Positions 1-10,891 are shown, counted from the stretch's first letter. The stretch is 64,000 bases of DNA from Desulfobacterales bacterium (GCA_963674755.2 CAXXVS010000002.1:2112001-2176000); one strand, 5' to 3'. Translations and numbers: made by a program. The notes: generated by a model from the sequence alone, not told the origin.

Positions 1-204
1 GAGCGCCAATCGCGCCTTTTTGCCGGCTTCGTGGGTAAAATTCGCGGTAGTTCTATACCGGAGCCACTAAAATTTCAATGATTTTAATCAAGAAGGCGGA
101 AAGTCAGAGGGTTGCGGGGGAAGGCGATGTCTGTCTTGACAGCGGGTCGACGTTCATGGTTTAGGACTTAATCTCATAGACACCGAACGGGAGGGAATGC
201 CGAT

Positions 205-381
205 ATGGCCTCCATTGATGAACAGATTCTGCGGGCCGCCAAGGAAGTGGTTGTGAAATTCATCGAGGCCGGGCGCGTTTCGCCCGCCGGATTTCCGGAA
301 ACCTTTCGCACGGTGTACACCACCATTGATCAAACCGTACGCCAAACGAACGGCGCGGAAGCCGCCGATAACACCGATTAG
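205..381 (+). CDS. Small 58-aa protein (MASIDEQILRAAKEVVVKFIEAGRVSPAGFPETF...), below the ORF-track cutoff
   Basis: Translated by hand: ATG at 205, TAG at 379-381, GGAGGG RBS upstream, amphipathic helical sequence. Resembles, from memory, small conserved deltaproteobacterial proteins. Confidence 0.75.
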   Translation: MASIDEQILRAAKEVVVKFIEAGRVSPAGFPETFRTVYTTIDQTVRQTNGAEAADNTD

Positions 382-423
382 ACCCCGCCACCGGATGCCC
401 CCTATCATCCAATCCGGAACGAA

Positions 424-473
424 ACAAAAATTGGCGATAGGGAGCGCTGCTCTAACGCCTTCCCCTATCGCCA
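424..473 (-). terminator. Probable intrinsic terminator between the thiolase gene and the convergent small ORF
   Basis: Inverted repeat tggcgataggg...ccctatcgcca, with an A-run on its left that reads as a T-run on the minus strand. Confidence 0.6.
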
Positions 474-531
474 TTGATGGTTGTCGCCGGGCAAGGTCCG
501 CTGCCCGGCGATATCACTTAGATCAATTGAA

Positions 532-1716
532 TCATTCACACAGCTCAAACAGGGCGGCCGCACCCATCCCGCCGCCGATACACATGGATTCCACACCGTA
601 TTTCGCGCCGCGCTCCTTCATGTTGCGCAGCAAAGTCGCGCAAAGCTTGGCGCCGGTGCATCCCAGCGGATGGCCGAGGGCAATCGCCCCGCCGTTGACA
701 TTGATCTTGTCCATGTCGTTCTCCAGTCCCAGCTGCCGGATGCAGTAAAGGGCCTGGGAGGCAAAGGCCTCATTGATCTCAAAAAGATCGATGTCTTTGA
801 CCTCCATGCCGGCCAGTTTGAGCAGTTTCGGGATGGCGTAGGCCGGCCCTACTCCCATTTCGTCGGCCGCGCAGCCTACCGTGGTGTAGTACTTCAGCTT
901 GGCAATCGGCTTTAAACCGAGTTCCTTGACTTTTTCCGCACTCATGATGACGGCGGCGGCCGCGCCGTCCGTGGTCTGGGAGGAATTCCCGGCCGTGACG
1001 GAACCATTGACGGCGAAAACAGGCCGCAGCTTGGCAAGGCCTTCCACCGTCGTGGTGGCACGGACACCGTCGTCAAAGTCCTGCAGGAAGGTTTCTTTGC
1101 GGTAGGTGCCCTTGTCGGTCAGGACAAATTTGGCCGCCGGCGTAGGCACGATTTCGGTAAAAAGTCCCTTTTTCTGGGCTTCCGCCGCCTTCATCTGGGA
1201 CTGATAAGCAAAGGCGTCCTGGTCTTCGCGGGAGACATCGTAGCGGTTGGCCACGTTTTCCGCGGTAATGCCCATGGAGGCATAGAGGTCGGCCTGCTGG
1301 CGGGTATATTCAGGATGAGGGCGCGGCAGGTTGCCGCCCATGGGGACATAGGTCATGGATTCCACGCCGCCACCGATGGTGATGTCGGACCAGCCCGCCA
1401 TGACACGCAGGGAGGCCTGGGCGATGGCTTCCAGACCGGAAGAGCAGAAACGGTTGACCGTGGCGCCGGAGACGCTCTCCGGAAAACCGGCGATCTGGCC
1501 GGCAATGCGACCAATGTTCAAACCCTGCTCCGCCTCGGGGAATGAGCAGCCGATCATCAGATCTTCCACCTGGTCCGGTGTCAGATTGGCGGTTTTCTCG
1601 ACAGCCGATTTCAGGATGAAGGACAACAGGTCATCGGGTCGGGTATCTTTAAACGCCCCCTTGCCTCTGCGGCAACCAGGGGTTCGCACGGATGTAACGA
1701 TATAGGCATCTCTCAT
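532..1716 (-). CDS. fadA: Acetyl-CoA C-acyltransferase (thiolase)
   Basis: NRFCSSG catalytic Cys, NEAF, GHPLGCTG and CIGGG motifs. Confidence 0.93.
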   Translation of the reverse strand: MRDAYIVTSVRTPGCRRGKGAFKDTRPDDLLSFILKSAVEKTANLTPDQVEDLMIGCSFPEAEQGLNIGRIAGQIAGFPESVSGATVNRFCSSGLEAIAQASLRVMAGWSDITIGGGVESMTYVPMGGNLPRPHPEYTRQQADLYASMGITAENVANRYDVSREDQDAFAYQSQMKAAEAQKKGLFTEIVPTPAAKFVLTDKGTYRKETFLQDFDDGVRATTTVEGLAKLRPVFAVNGSVTAGNSSQTTDGAAAAVIMSAEKVKELGLKPIAKLKYYTTVGCAADEMGVGPAYAIPKLLKLAGMEVKDIDLFEINEAFASQALYCIRQLGLENDMDKINVNGGAIALGHPLGCTGAKLCATLLRNMKERGAKYGVESMCIGGGMGAAALFELCE

Positions 1717-1755
1717 GGTTGATTCCTCCTTGGATGATACGTCCGGGTTGCCGGA

Positions 1756-4161
1756 TTAGTTGCGCAAGGGTTTGCCTGTTTTGAGCATGTGCTCGATGCG
1801 GGCCAGGGTCTTTTCCTGTTTCAGGAAGTCGATGAACGCTTCGCGCTCGAGGTTGAGGATCACGTCTTCGTCCACTTCGCTGTTGGTCCGTACATCGCCG
1901 CCCGCCACCACGGTGGCAATCCGCCGCGCCAGAAAGGCGTCATATTCGCTGACATAGCCGGCGCTTTGCATGTTAAAAATCTCGCCGTTGACCATGCCTT
2001 CCGCAGCGGCGCCCAGAACTTTCACCTTTTTCTTGGCCGGCGGCGCATAGCCGGCATCCGCCATACGCAGCACTTCCTTCTTGGCTTCACCGATCAGCAG
2101 ATCACGGTTGAATACGATACGATCCTGGGGTCCCAGGAATCCGTTGGCCCGGGCCTGGGCCGCGGACATGGACACCTTGGCCGTCGCAATGTTCATAAAG
2201 GTCGGGATGAAGAATTTGGAAAGGTCGACATCCTTGACGTTGGCCGGAATGGACGTGACCGCTTTTTTCCAGAGGTTTTTACACCCCCCCCCGCCGGGCA
2301 GGAGCCCGACCCCGATTTCCACCAGGCCCATATAGAGCTCGGCATGGGCTACGATACGGTCGGCCGCCAGGCAGACCTCGCAACCGCCGCCCAGAGCCAG
2401 TCCGTATGGGGCGGCCACAACGGGAAACGGGCTGAAGGTCTCCTTTTGAACGACGGCGTGCAGGGCCTTGATCATCTCTTCGACGTCACCCAGGCGATTG
2501 GTTTTGACGGCCTCGCCCACCTGGACCAGATCAGCGCCGGCCGAGAAGGCGCCGGGCATGCCGCCGGCCTGGTTGCCGATCACCAGACCCACGCCGTTTT
2601 CATCGACATAGTCCAGGGCTTCGTCCATGAATTGGATAATTTCGGCGTTCAGGGCGTTCATTTTGGTGTGGAATTCACAGCAGAAAACACCGTCGCCCAA
2701 ATCGACCAGGGAGGCGGAAGCACAGCTTTTGACCAACTTGCCGGCGCCCTTGAGGGCCGCCAGGGAAATGTTGCTTTCACTGACCACGACGTCCTTGTAG
2801 GTCTTGGCAGTGAAATCGTAGAAAGACACCTTGCCGTCGGCGGTCTTGTAGAAAGATTCGACGCCGGCGGCCAGCATATCTTTAACCTTGCCCGGCACCG
2901 CCATGCCGTCGGCTTCCATCTTGGCCACGGATTCCCTGACCCCGATGGCGTCCCAGGTCTCAAAGGGGCCCATCTCAAAATTGTAGCCCCACTTCATGGC
3001 GTTATCGATTTCGACGATGGTGTCCGAAATTTCCGGGATGCGGTTGGCGGAATAAATCAGTTGGCTGGCCACAGCCTTCCAGGCAAAACGGGCGCCTTTG
3101 TCATCGCCGTAAACGATGGCCCGCATTTTTTCCGGCAGGGTTTTCGCTTTTTTGGCTTCGGCCAGGCAGGGCAGATCAACTTTCTGCCAGTCTTCGTATT
3201 CCAGAGTTTCCGGATTGATGACCTTGCGGACTTTCTTCCACTCGGGGGTCAAGTCGGTCTTGTAGAAACCGGCCTGGGTTTTCTTGCCCAGGAGTTTCTT
3301 TGCGATCATCTGATTGACGAAGTCCGGGATGACGAAGTCTTTTTTTTCCTCTTCATCCGCGATCAACTCGTAGCTGTTGCGGGCCACATGTCCCATGGTG
3401 TCCAGGCCCACCAGGTCCGAAGTCTTGAACATGGCTGTCTTGGGCCGGCCCATGGCCGGTCCGAACAGGGCATCCACTTCCTGGATGGTCAACCCTTCTT
3501 CCACCATCAGTTGCATGGATTTGACCATGCCCTGGACCCCGATACGGTTGCCCACGAAATTGGGTGTATCCTTGGCCCAGACAATGCCCTTGCCGAGAAT
3601 GCGTTCGCCGAAATCCGCGATGAAGGCCAGAATGTCTTGATCGGTTTCCTCGCCCGGAATAATTTCCAGCAAATGCATATAGCGCACAGGGTTGAAAAAG
3701 TGGGTCCCCAGAAAATGCTTGCGGAAATCATCGCTCAGTCCTTCGGACATGGCCTTGAGGGGAATGCCGGATGTATTGGAGGAAACGATGGCGCCGGGCT
3801 TGCGCACGCCGTCGATACGTTTGAAGAGATCCTGTTTGACTTTCAGATTCTCAACGACCACCTCGACGATCCAGTCGCAGCCGGCCAACTTGTCGAAATC
3901 ATCCTCCAAATTGCCGATCGAAATCCGCTGAATATCTTTTTTCTGCATCAGCAACGCCGGCTGGATGGTCAGCAAGTTGTCATAGCCGGTTTTGACCATA
4001 CGGTTGCGCGCCTTGGGATCCTTTTTTTCCTCCTCGCTCAAATCGAAGGGAACGATGTCCAGCATCAACGTCTCGACGCCCGCGCTGGCCAGGAGCGCCG
4101 CAATGCCGCCACCCATGACACCGGAGCCGATAACCGCGGCCTTTCTGATTTTTCGCACCAT
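1756..4161 (-). CDS. 3-hydroxyacyl-CoA dehydrogenase / enoyl-CoA hydratase fusion (FadN-like, HADH domain first)
   Basis: GSGVMGGG NAD-binding motif, SSNTSG, HFFNP, C-terminal crotonase (FSAGADL, GGGCE, GLVEIGVGLLP). Start trimmed to MVRKIRK, which follows a GGAGGT RBS. Confidence 0.92.
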   Translation of the reverse strand: MVRKIRKAAVIGSGVMGGGIAALLASAGVETLMLDIVPFDLSEEEKKDPKARNRMVKTGYDNLLTIQPALLMQKKDIQRISIGNLEDDFDKLAGCDWIVEVVVENLKVKQDLFKRIDGVRKPGAIVSSNTSGIPLKAMSEGLSDDFRKHFLGTHFFNPVRYMHLLEIIPGEETDQDILAFIADFGERILGKGIVWAKDTPNFVGNRIGVQGMVKSMQLMVEEGLTIQEVDALFGPAMGRPKTAMFKTSDLVGLDTMGHVARNSYELIADEEEKKDFVIPDFVNQMIAKKLLGKKTQAGFYKTDLTPEWKKVRKVINPETLEYEDWQKVDLPCLAEAKKAKTLPEKMRAIVYGDDKGARFAWKAVASQLIYSANRIPEISDTIVEIDNAMKWGYNFEMGPFETWDAIGVRESVAKMEADGMAVPGKVKDMLAAGVESFYKTADGKVSFYDFTAKTYKDVVVSESNISLAALKGAGKLVKSCASASLVDLGDGVFCCEFHTKMNALNAEIIQFMDEALDYVDENGVGLVIGNQAGGMPGAFSAGADLVQVGEAVKTNRLGDVEEMIKALHAVVQKETFSPFPVVAAPYGLALGGGCEVCLAADRIVAHAELYMGLVEIGVGLLPGGGGCKNLWKKAVTSIPANVKDVDLSKFFIPTFMNIATAKVSMSAAQARANGFLGPQDRIVFNRDLLIGEAKKEVLRMADAGYAPPAKKKVKVLGAAAEGMVNGEIFNMQSAGYVSEYDAFLARRIATVVAGGDVRTNSEVDEDVILNLEREAFIDFLKQEKTLARIEHMLKTGKPLRN

Positions 4162-4195
4162 GTTTACCTCCATAGATGAATTAAGGGAATACATT

Positions 4196-4211
4196 ATGAA
4201 TGGGTATTCAC
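4196..4211. promoter_or_regulatory. Palindromic operator-like box 1 (ATGAAT-N4-ATTCAC), just downstream of the putative fadN promoter
   Basis: ATGAATgggtATTCAC; the same motif recurs twice more in this intergenic region. Confidence 0.6.
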
Positions 4212-4212
4212 T

Positions 4213-4242
4213 AAAATAATCTGTCTTATTCACATCTGTCAA
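4213..4242 (-). promoter_or_regulatory. Putative sigma70 promoter of fadN-fadA
   Basis: Minus-strand TTGACA (4242-4237), 18-nt spacer, TATTTT (4218-4213). Confidence 0.5.
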
Positions 4243-4378
4243 GACAAAAAAACGTTCTTGCCCTGCTGTCAAGCGATGCCACTTGATTATATTTTATCAA
4301 ATATTTTCTATCAGTTCTAAATTTTGTCGGTTCCGTTTGGAGCCATTTCACGATCCTGGGCCAGAGACCTTCAAGGGA

Positions 4379-4394
4379 ATGAATAATTATTCAC
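4379..4394. promoter_or_regulatory. Palindromic operator-like box 2
   Basis: ATGAATaattATTCAC. Confidence 0.55.
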
Positions 4395-4494
4395 TTCTAA
4401 ATTTAGCTTCAAATTAAAGCCAAAAAAATTATAACTATTTAATTTTTTAGTTTTTTTTAACATATATTATCTTTTTGCACTCTTGTTCAGCAAT

Positions 4495-4510
4495 ATGAAT
4501 AATCATGCAC
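4495..4510. promoter_or_regulatory. Palindromic operator-like box 3 (one mismatch)
   Basis: ATGAATaatcATGCAC. Confidence 0.45.
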
Positions 4511-4712
4511 TCGAATAGGAAAATGGGGACGCTCACTGCCATAGCAAGCGGTACAATAGGGACGGAAGCTTGGAATACGTGCAAAAGAAACGGCGTGGGT
4601 CTGGAATGGAGGCCGAAACAGCCGGTGCTTCGCGCAATCCGTTACACGGAATCAATCGCTGCGGCGCCACGCCGGATGACGGCAGACAGGTTATTCTAAA
4701 AGGGACCCTCCT

Positions 4713-5699
4713 TCATATATCCTCCAAACGATGGCAGGCGGCCTGGTGTTTTCCGTCGGGTGTGTCGGGTACCGGCCGCAGTCTTGGGATCTCATCACGG
4801 CACCGTTCAATTGCGTATGGACAACGGGTCCGGAAGTGACAACCGCTGGGGGGATTGATAGGGGATGGCACATCGCCCGTCAGCACTTGTTGGTCCTTAC
4901 GACTATCCGGATCCGGGATGGGGATGGCCGAAATAAGGGCGCGGGTGTAAGGATGCCCGGGAACGCGGTACAGGGTATCCGCATCGGCGTATTCGACGAT
5001 ACGCCCCAAATACATCACGGCGATGCAATCGGAAATATGCTTCACCACCGACAGGTCGTGGGCGATAAAAAGATAGGTCAATCCCATATCGCGCTGCAAT
5101 TCGAGCAAGAGATTGATAATCTGCGATTGAATGGAAACATCCAGGGCTGACACCGGCTCGTCGCAAACCACCAGCCGGGGCTCCAGGGCGATCGCCCGTG
5201 CGATGCCGATCCGCTGACGCTGCCCACCGCTGAATTCGTGCGGAAACCGCCCCAGGGTTTTGGGCGAAAGCCCGACGCGTTCCACCAGGCGGCCGATGCG
5301 TTCCCGGCGCTCGGCGGGTGTGCCGATGCGGTGGATGCGAAACGGCTCTTCCAGGATCTCCTGGATCGTATGGCGGGCATTGAGGGATTCGAAAGGGTCC
5401 TGGAAAATAATCTGCATATCCCGCCGGACCGCTTGCAGGCGGCGGCGATCCAGGGCCATGAGGTTGCGGCCATCAAATAAGAGTTGACCTGCAGTGGGCT
5501 GGTAAAGCCGCAGGATCGTGCGCCCCACCGTGGTTTTGCCGCAGCCGGACTCGCCCACGAGCCCCAGCGTTTCCCCGCTATTGATCGCGAAAGAGACGCC
5601 GTCGACCGCATAAACCTGGGCCACGCGGCGGCGCATCACACCGCCGTAAACCGGGAAATACATTTTGAGATCTGCCACCGTCAGCAACGGTTGGGTCAT
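4713..5699 (-). CDS. Oligopeptide/dipeptide ABC transporter ATP-binding subunit (OppF/DppF-like)
   Basis: GESGCGKT Walker [19 protein letters not shown]-terminal [11 protein letters not shown]. Start trimmed to MTQPLL. Confidence 0.92.
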   Translation of the reverse strand: MTQPLLTVADLKMYFPVYGGVMRRRVAQVYAVDGVSFAINSGETLGLVGESGCGKTTVGRTILRLYQPTAGQLLFDGRNLMALDRRRLQAVRRDMQIIFQDPFESLNARHTIQEILEEPFRIHRIGTPAERRERIGRLVERVGLSPKTLGRFPHEFSGGQRQRIGIARAIALEPRLVVCDEPVSALDVSIQSQIINLLLELQRDMGLTYLFIAHDLSVVKHISDCIAVMYLGRIVEYADADTLYRVPGHPYTRALISAIPIPDPDSRKDQQVLTGDVPSPINPPSGCHFRTRCPYAIERCRDEIPRLRPVPDTPDGKHQAACHRLEDI

Positions 5700-5739
5700 G
5701 TTCTTCTCTCTGTTTCCATTGACATGCGCGAACGCCTCG

Positions 5740-6762
5740 TCATCGTCCCTCTGGGTTCCGCCCGGCAAGGCTTTCCCAGGGATCCAGTTTGTCGGCAAAA
5801 TAACACGCCGCTTTGTGATCCGGGCCGACATCCTTCAGGGGCGGCGACGCCGTGGCGCAAACGGCACGGGCATAAGGGCAGCGGTTCCCGAATCGGCAGC
5901 CGGGGGGCAGGTCGTCCAGGGACGGCACAACGCCGGTGATAACGTTCAAAGGCTGCTTATGGGGCGAATCCAGGGTGGGAATGGCCTTGAGGAGCCCCCG
6001 GGTGTAAGGGTGGCGTGGATTATAAAACAGCTCCCGAATGGGCGCCGTCTCCGCCACCTGGCCGGCATACATCACCACCACGTCCTGGCAGAGCTCGGCG
6101 ATGACGCCCAGGTCGTGGGTGATAAAAATCACCGACATGCCCGTTTCCGCCTGGAGTTGACGAATCAAGCTCAGAATCTGGGCCTGAATGGTCACATCTA
6201 GGGCGGTGGTGGGTTCATCGGCAATCAGGATGTCCGGCTTGCAGGCCAGTGCCATGGCAATCATGACCCGCTGCCGCATACCGCCTGAAATCTGATGGGG
6301 ATATTCGCCCATACGTCTGGCCGGTTCGGGGATCCCCACCTTCTGGAGCATCTCCAGCACCGCTGCGCGGATGGCCCGGTCGCTCATTTCCGTATAATGC
6401 AGGCGAAAAACCTCACCCACCTGGCGCCCGATGGTATGCACCGGATTGAGGGCCGTCATGGGCTCCTGAAAAATCATGCCGATCTGGTTGCCCCGCAAGG
6501 CATGCATGTCGCCGGGCGGCAAGGTCACGATATCGGTGCCCTTGAACAGGATTCGTCCCTCAAGAATTTTGCCGGCCGGTTTGGGCAGCAGCCGCATAAT
6601 CGAAAGGGCGGTGACACTCTTGCCGCAGCCCGATTCCCCCACGATGCCCAGGTTGCTTCCCCGGCGCAGGCAGAAACTCACATCGTCCACGGCCTTCACC
6701 CGTCCGCTTTCCCCGTCAAAGGCCGCGGTCAGGTGCTCCACGCTTAAGATGGTATCTTTCAA
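5740..6762 (-). CDS. Oligopeptide/dipeptide ABC transporter ATP-binding subunit (OppD/DppD-like)
   Basis: [32 protein letters not shown]. Confidence 0.92.
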   Translation of the reverse strand: MKDTILSVEHLTAAFDGESGRVKAVDDVSFCLRRGSNLGIVGESGCGKSVTALSIMRLLPKPAGKILEGRILFKGTDIVTLPPGDMHALRGNQIGMIFQEPMTALNPVHTIGRQVGEVFRLHYTEMSDRAIRAAVLEMLQKVGIPEPARRMGEYPHQISGGMRQRVMIAMALACKPDILIADEPTTALDVTIQAQILSLIRQLQAETGMSVIFITHDLGVIAELCQDVVVMYAGQVAETAPIRELFYNPRHPYTRGLLKAIPTLDSPHKQPLNVITGVVPSLDDLPPGCRFGNRCPYARAVCATASPPLKDVGPDHKAACYFADKLDPWESLAGRNPEGR

Positions 6763-6815
6763 AACGGTGTGTTCATCTCCCCCAAAGAGCTGCTGGTCAT
6801 TAGAGCGCTACCGCT

Positions 6816-8702
6816 TCAGGAACCTTGTTTATAGGTTTCATTCCGCCGGGTGACCGGTTCGAAGGTCCGGCCCCGGCGCATGGCCTCACGGGTTTCCTGG
6901 TAGCGATTTTGGTCAAACCAGAACAAGCCGCCGGTACCACTGCTGAAAGGGTCGAAAAGACTGTCCGAAACCCGGGTGGCCGGAGGATTCGGAAACCGCC
7001 ACCAGCGCCAGTAGGCTTCGCGGAAATAGGGCACCATGAAGGACGGCACGAAGGCCCCGATCTCGTGCACCTTGGTCTCGATTTCCAGAGCCAGCGCAAT
7101 GCGTTCCTGTTCGTCCAGGGAATTGCGGTAACGGTGGATCAGGGCATCGAGCGCGGGATTGGCGGTGTTGGTGATGTTGTTGGTCTGGGGCCGATGGGCA
7201 TTGGCCGAATCCCAGAATTCCCAGAAATGGGGGCGCATGCCGGTGCTCCAGCCCAACCAGCCCACATCGTGGCGCTTCTCCATGATTTTTTTATACTGGG
7301 CCGCGGGATCGAGCCGTTGCAAGCGAAGCTCGATGCCGGCCTTGAGGGCCTCTTCCTTGAGCACCACCAGCCGGGGCGTATGCTCCTCGCTGCTGTAAGT
7401 GACCTCCACCGAATAGCGCTGGCCGTCGCGCTGCCAGATGCCGTCCGGTCCCCGCTGCCAGCCGGCCGCCTGCATGAGCTGATCCACCTTGTGCAGGTCG
7501 AAGCGCCGGGCCCTGATGGTATTGTTGGAATAGCGCCCATAGCCCACATAGGCGCCTTCCAGACGGAAGTAGTCGTTGTAGAGAACCGCTTCGATCACCC
7601 GCTGGATGTTCAGGGCATGGGCAAAGGCATAACGCAGGCGTTGATCTTTGAAAATCTCCCGGTCCTGATTGAGCCAGGCCCCCTGGGCCGAGCGGGGGGT
7701 GTCGTTGAAGAACCACATGCGCTCGATGTAGCCCTGCGCCACAGCCGGCATCTGGCTTTTGAAATGCCAGTATTTGGGCATGGTCAGGGAGAAACTGTCC
7801 AGTTTGGCCTTCTTGAAATACTCCCACTGGAGGTTTAAGTCCCGGATAACGGTGTAGCGCACTTTGTCCACGTTATAGCGGTGCTTGAAATAGCGACGCT
7901 TGCGGGCCCACCACTCCGGTTTGCGCTCGAAGAGAATATAGCGCCCCTTTTTAAATTCCGTCATCTGGTAAGGCCCCGTATTGGGGGCGATCTTCCAGTT
8001 GTAACGCTGCACGAAATCCTGGCCCAGTTGACAATAGAAATGGCGGGGGGTCGGACTGATGGGAATGCGGAGATAGAGATCCGGTTGGGCCTTGGTGCCC
8101 ACCACGGCCAGGGTGTGGTCGTCGTAGACGATGACGCGATCGATCTCTTTGGTGTAGTAGTCGTTGTACCAGGGCGCTACGATGTCCTTGGAGCGCATGA
8201 ACTCCAGCGTATAGACGAAATCATCCGCCGTGACAGGCTGCCCGTCGGACCAGCGGGCTTCCGGATCCAGTTTGAAGTACATGGTCTTGCGATCCGGATC
8301 AAAGGCCCAGTGGGTAGCCAGTTCGGGAATGATGTTTTCTGTGTTGGGATGAATGCCGATCAAGCTCAATTGGTTGCCGAGGATGGCCCCCCGGAAGCTG
8401 GAGTTGGAATCCGGCCCCACCACCCGGAAGGTCAGCGGAAACGAGAGCAGAGCCTCATGCAGGATGCCCCCCGGGACCGCCTCCGGTGAGGCGAACACCG
8501 GATCGCTATCATTGGTCAGCCATTCGATCCCTGCCGGAAGCGTCTCGCGGGCGTAGGACGGGATCGTCTCACAGGATTGCGTGTCCACGGACTGGTCCGC
8601 TAGACGCTCCACCCCGCTGTCGCATCCGATGAAAAGAAGGGCTAGGCCAAGTCCCCCTGCCATCAGCAGTCTTCCCAAACGATGGATTGCCGAATCCTTC
8701 AT
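6816..8702 (-). CDS. ABC transporter extracellular solute-binding lipoprotein, family 5 (YejA-like)
   Basis: Lipobox-like FIGC, ARWSDGQPVTADD, TGPY; lies within the ABC operon. Confidence 0.88.
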   Translation of the reverse strand: MKDSAIHRLGRLLMAGGLGLALLFIGCDSGVERLADQSVDTQSCETIPSYARETLPAGIEWLTNDSDPVFASPEAVPGGILHEALLSFPLTFRVVGPDSNSSFRGAILGNQLSLIGIHPNTENIIPELATHWAFDPDRKTMYFKLDPEARWSDGQPVTADDFVYTLEFMRSKDIVAPWYNDYYTKEIDRVIVYDDHTLAVVGTKAQPDLYLRIPISPTPRHFYCQLGQDFVQRYNWKIAPNTGPYQMTEFKKGRYILFERKPEWWARKRRYFKHRYNVDKVRYTVIRDLNLQWEYFKKAKLDSFSLTMPKYWHFKSQMPAVAQGYIERMWFFNDTPRSAQGAWLNQDREIFKDQRLRYAFAHALNIQRVIEAVLYNDYFRLEGAYVGYGRYSNNTIRARRFDLHKVDQLMQAAGWQRGPDGIWQRDGQRYSVEVTYSSEEHTPRLVVLKEEALKAGIELRLQRLDPAAQYKKIMEKRHDVGWLGWSTGMRPHFWEFWDSANAHRPQTNNITNTANPALDALIHRYRNSLDEQERIALALEIETKVHEIGAFVPSFMVPYFREAYWRWWRFPNPPATRVSDSLFDPFSSGTGGLFWFDQNRYQETREAMRRGRTFEPVTRRNETYKQGS

Positions 8703-8772
8703 AAGGATGAATTCATTCCCACCAAGTTAGACGCTATGGGGCGGATGACGGCATCCCGCGGCGCCTAACAGG

Positions 8773-9822
8773 TTATTCGTAAATAGTATGCAGCTTCGGA
8801 TCCAGGGCTTCCCGCACGGCCTCGCCGATAAACGTCACCAGCACCAGGGTCAGCACCATGGCCGTCACCACCGATCCCGAAAGCCACCAGGCACTCAGGT
8901 TGGCCCACCCCTGCTGGAGCAACTCCCCCCAACTGGGTTCGGGCGGCGGCAGACCGAAACCCAAAAAATCAAGCGAGGCCAGCGCCACGATGCCGCCCGC
9001 CACCTGAAAAGGCACATAGGACACGATGACACTCACCGTGTTCGGCAAAATATGGCGGAAAATAATGCGGGCATGCGATGCCCCCAGGGCCCGCGCCGCC
9101 AGGACATAATCCCGGGCCCGCTCCTTGTAGACCACGGTGCGCATGGTCCAGGTGGTGCCCATCCAGCCGAAGGCCCACAGAATGAACAGTAGAATCCAGA
9201 AGTTGGGAATCACCACCGACGCAATGATAATAATGATGTATAAGCTGGGCACGGAGGACCAGATTTCGATCAGACGCTGGAAGATTAGATCGAAGGGGCC
9301 GCCGAAATATCCCATGGCGCTGCCGATGCTGATCCCGGTCACAAAAGTGGCCACCAGCAGAATCAGGGAGAAGAAAATCGCCAGCCGGAACCCATAGACC
9401 AGACGCGCCAGAACGTCCCGTCCGGAAGCGTCCGTCCCGCACAGATGGCGCTCCCGCCATGAGGGCGGCGTCGGCGGCGGGGCGTTGCCCCGCAGGTCGT
9501 TTTCATAGGGGTTATAGGGCACCGGGGGCATCAGGATCCAGTTGTCCCCGCCCTGCCTGGCAAACCGCCGGGCAAGCTCCCGATAGTCGGTTTCGTGCTG
9601 ATAATCCAGACCGAAGGTGGTACCGGGGATGGGATTGCCGTAGGTCGGCCAGTAAAAGGCGCCGTTATAATGCACCACCAACGCCCGGCTGTTCACGAGC
9701 AGCTCGGCGCCCAGCGACAGCAGGATCATGAGAAGCATCAGCAGCAGCGAGACATAACCGCGCCGGATCGATTGAAACCGACGGAATTTCTTCACGGTGA
9801 GCGGGTTGAGTCGCAATCGCAT
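8773..9822 (-). CDS. ABC transporter permease (YejE-like)
   Basis: GTDASGRDVLARL, EAA-like loop DYVLAARALGAS, LDFLGFGLPPP. Start trimmed to MRLRLNP. Confidence 0.9.
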   Translation of the reverse strand: MRLRLNPLTVKKFRRFQSIRRGYVSLLLMLLMILLSLGAELLVNSRALVVHYNGAFYWPTYGNPIPGTTFGLDYQHETDYRELARRFARQGGDNWILMPPVPYNPYENDLRGNAPPPTPPSWRERHLCGTDASGRDVLARLVYGFRLAIFFSLILLVATFVTGISIGSAMGYFGGPFDLIFQRLIEIWSSVPSLYIIIIIASVVIPNFWILLFILWAFGWMGTTWTMRTVVYKERARDYVLAARALGASHARIIFRHILPNTVSVIVSYVPFQVAGGIVALASLDFLGFGLPPPEPSWGELLQQGWANLSAWWLSGSVVTAMVLTLVLVTFIGEAVREALDPKLHTIYE

Positions 9823-9862
9823 GGTGTCTTCTCTAAATGCCCAGAGTGCGTTGAGGCCGTCT

Positions 9863-10891
9863 TTATTCGAACTGGATTCTAGGATCCACCAGGGCCACAC
9901 AGATATCCGAGAGGATATTGCCGATCAGAAAAAGCAGGGATGATATCACCAGGACCCCCAGCACCACCGGGTAATCACGTTCCAGCAGGGATTCGTAGCC
10001 CAGAAGCCCCATACCGTCGATGTTAAATACTTTTTCAATCAGGAAGGAACCCGTCAAAAAAATGGAAATCGTATGGCCGAACGAGGTGGCGATAGGGATC
10101 AGGCTGTTGCGCAGGGCATGTCCGAAAACCGCCCGACGAAAGGGCAGTCCCTTGGCAATGGCGGTGCGCACGTAGTCGGCCGCCAGGTTGTCCATGAGGG
10201 TATTTTTCATCAGGAAGGTCATGGCCGCAAAGGCGCTGATCACGTAGGCAATCACCGGCAGCACGGAATGCCAGGCCAGATCGACGATTTTTCCCCATAG
10301 CGACAAGTCGTAAAAATTTTCGCTCACCAGGTTGCCCAGCGGGAACACATCCCACCATCCGGCCAGCCATACCAGGAGATAAATCCCGATCACCCATCCG
10401 GGAATGGCGTAACCGATAAAAACGATGATGGAGGAGATGTTGTCGAAGGTCGACTTGTGGCGGATCGCCTTGACGATCCCCAGGGGGATGCACACGCCGT
10501 ATGTCAACACCAGGGTAATCACCCCGAAATAGAGCGAAATCGGAACCCGGGAGCGGATCATCTCCCAGACCGGATCCTGGTAGCGGGTGGACGTGCCGAG
10601 ATCGCCCCGGACGACCTTGGCCAGCCAGGCCAAATAGCTCGTGAGCAGAGGTTTATCGAAGCCGTAATACTTCCTCAGGATTTCGATCTGTTCATCGGAA
10701 AGGGGCTGGCGCTGCACGCCAGCCTCGCTCCCGCCGCCATGGCCGCCTTCCAGCTGCATGCGCTGGGCCTCGGCGATCATGCGCTCGATGGGTCCGCCGG
10801 GCACAAAACGTGTGATGGCGAATACCAGTAGGGTAATACCGATAAAAGTGGGGATAATGAGAAGCGTGCGGCGGATGAAATAGGCTGTCAT
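9863..10891 (-). CDS. ABC transporter permease (YejB-like)
   Basis: FVPGGPIE, YGFDKP, DYVRTAIAKGL, GSFLIEKVF, RDYPV. Confidence 0.9.
   Translation of the reverse strand: MTAYFIRRTLLIIPTFIGITLLVFAITRFVPGGPIERMIAEAQRMQLEGGHGGGSEAGVQRQPLSDEQIEILRKYYGFDKPLLTSYLAWLAKVVRGDLGTSTRYQDPVWEMIRSRVPISLYFGVITLVLTYGVCIPLGIVKAIRHKSTFDNISSIIVFIGYAIPGWVIGIYLLVWLAGWWDVFPLGNLVSENFYDLSLWGKIVDLAWHSVLPVIAYVISAFAAMTFLMKNTLMDNLAADYVRTAIAKGLPFRRAVFGHALRNSLIPIATSFGHTISIFLTGSFLIEKVFNIDGMGLLGYESLLERDYPVVLGVLVISSLLFLIGNILSDICVALVDPRIQFE

Noticed and set aside
1789..4179. 796-aa ORF antisense to the fadN-like gene
   Set aside because: Mirror frame of a well-supported GC-rich gene with no recognisable motifs; a common codon-bias artefact.
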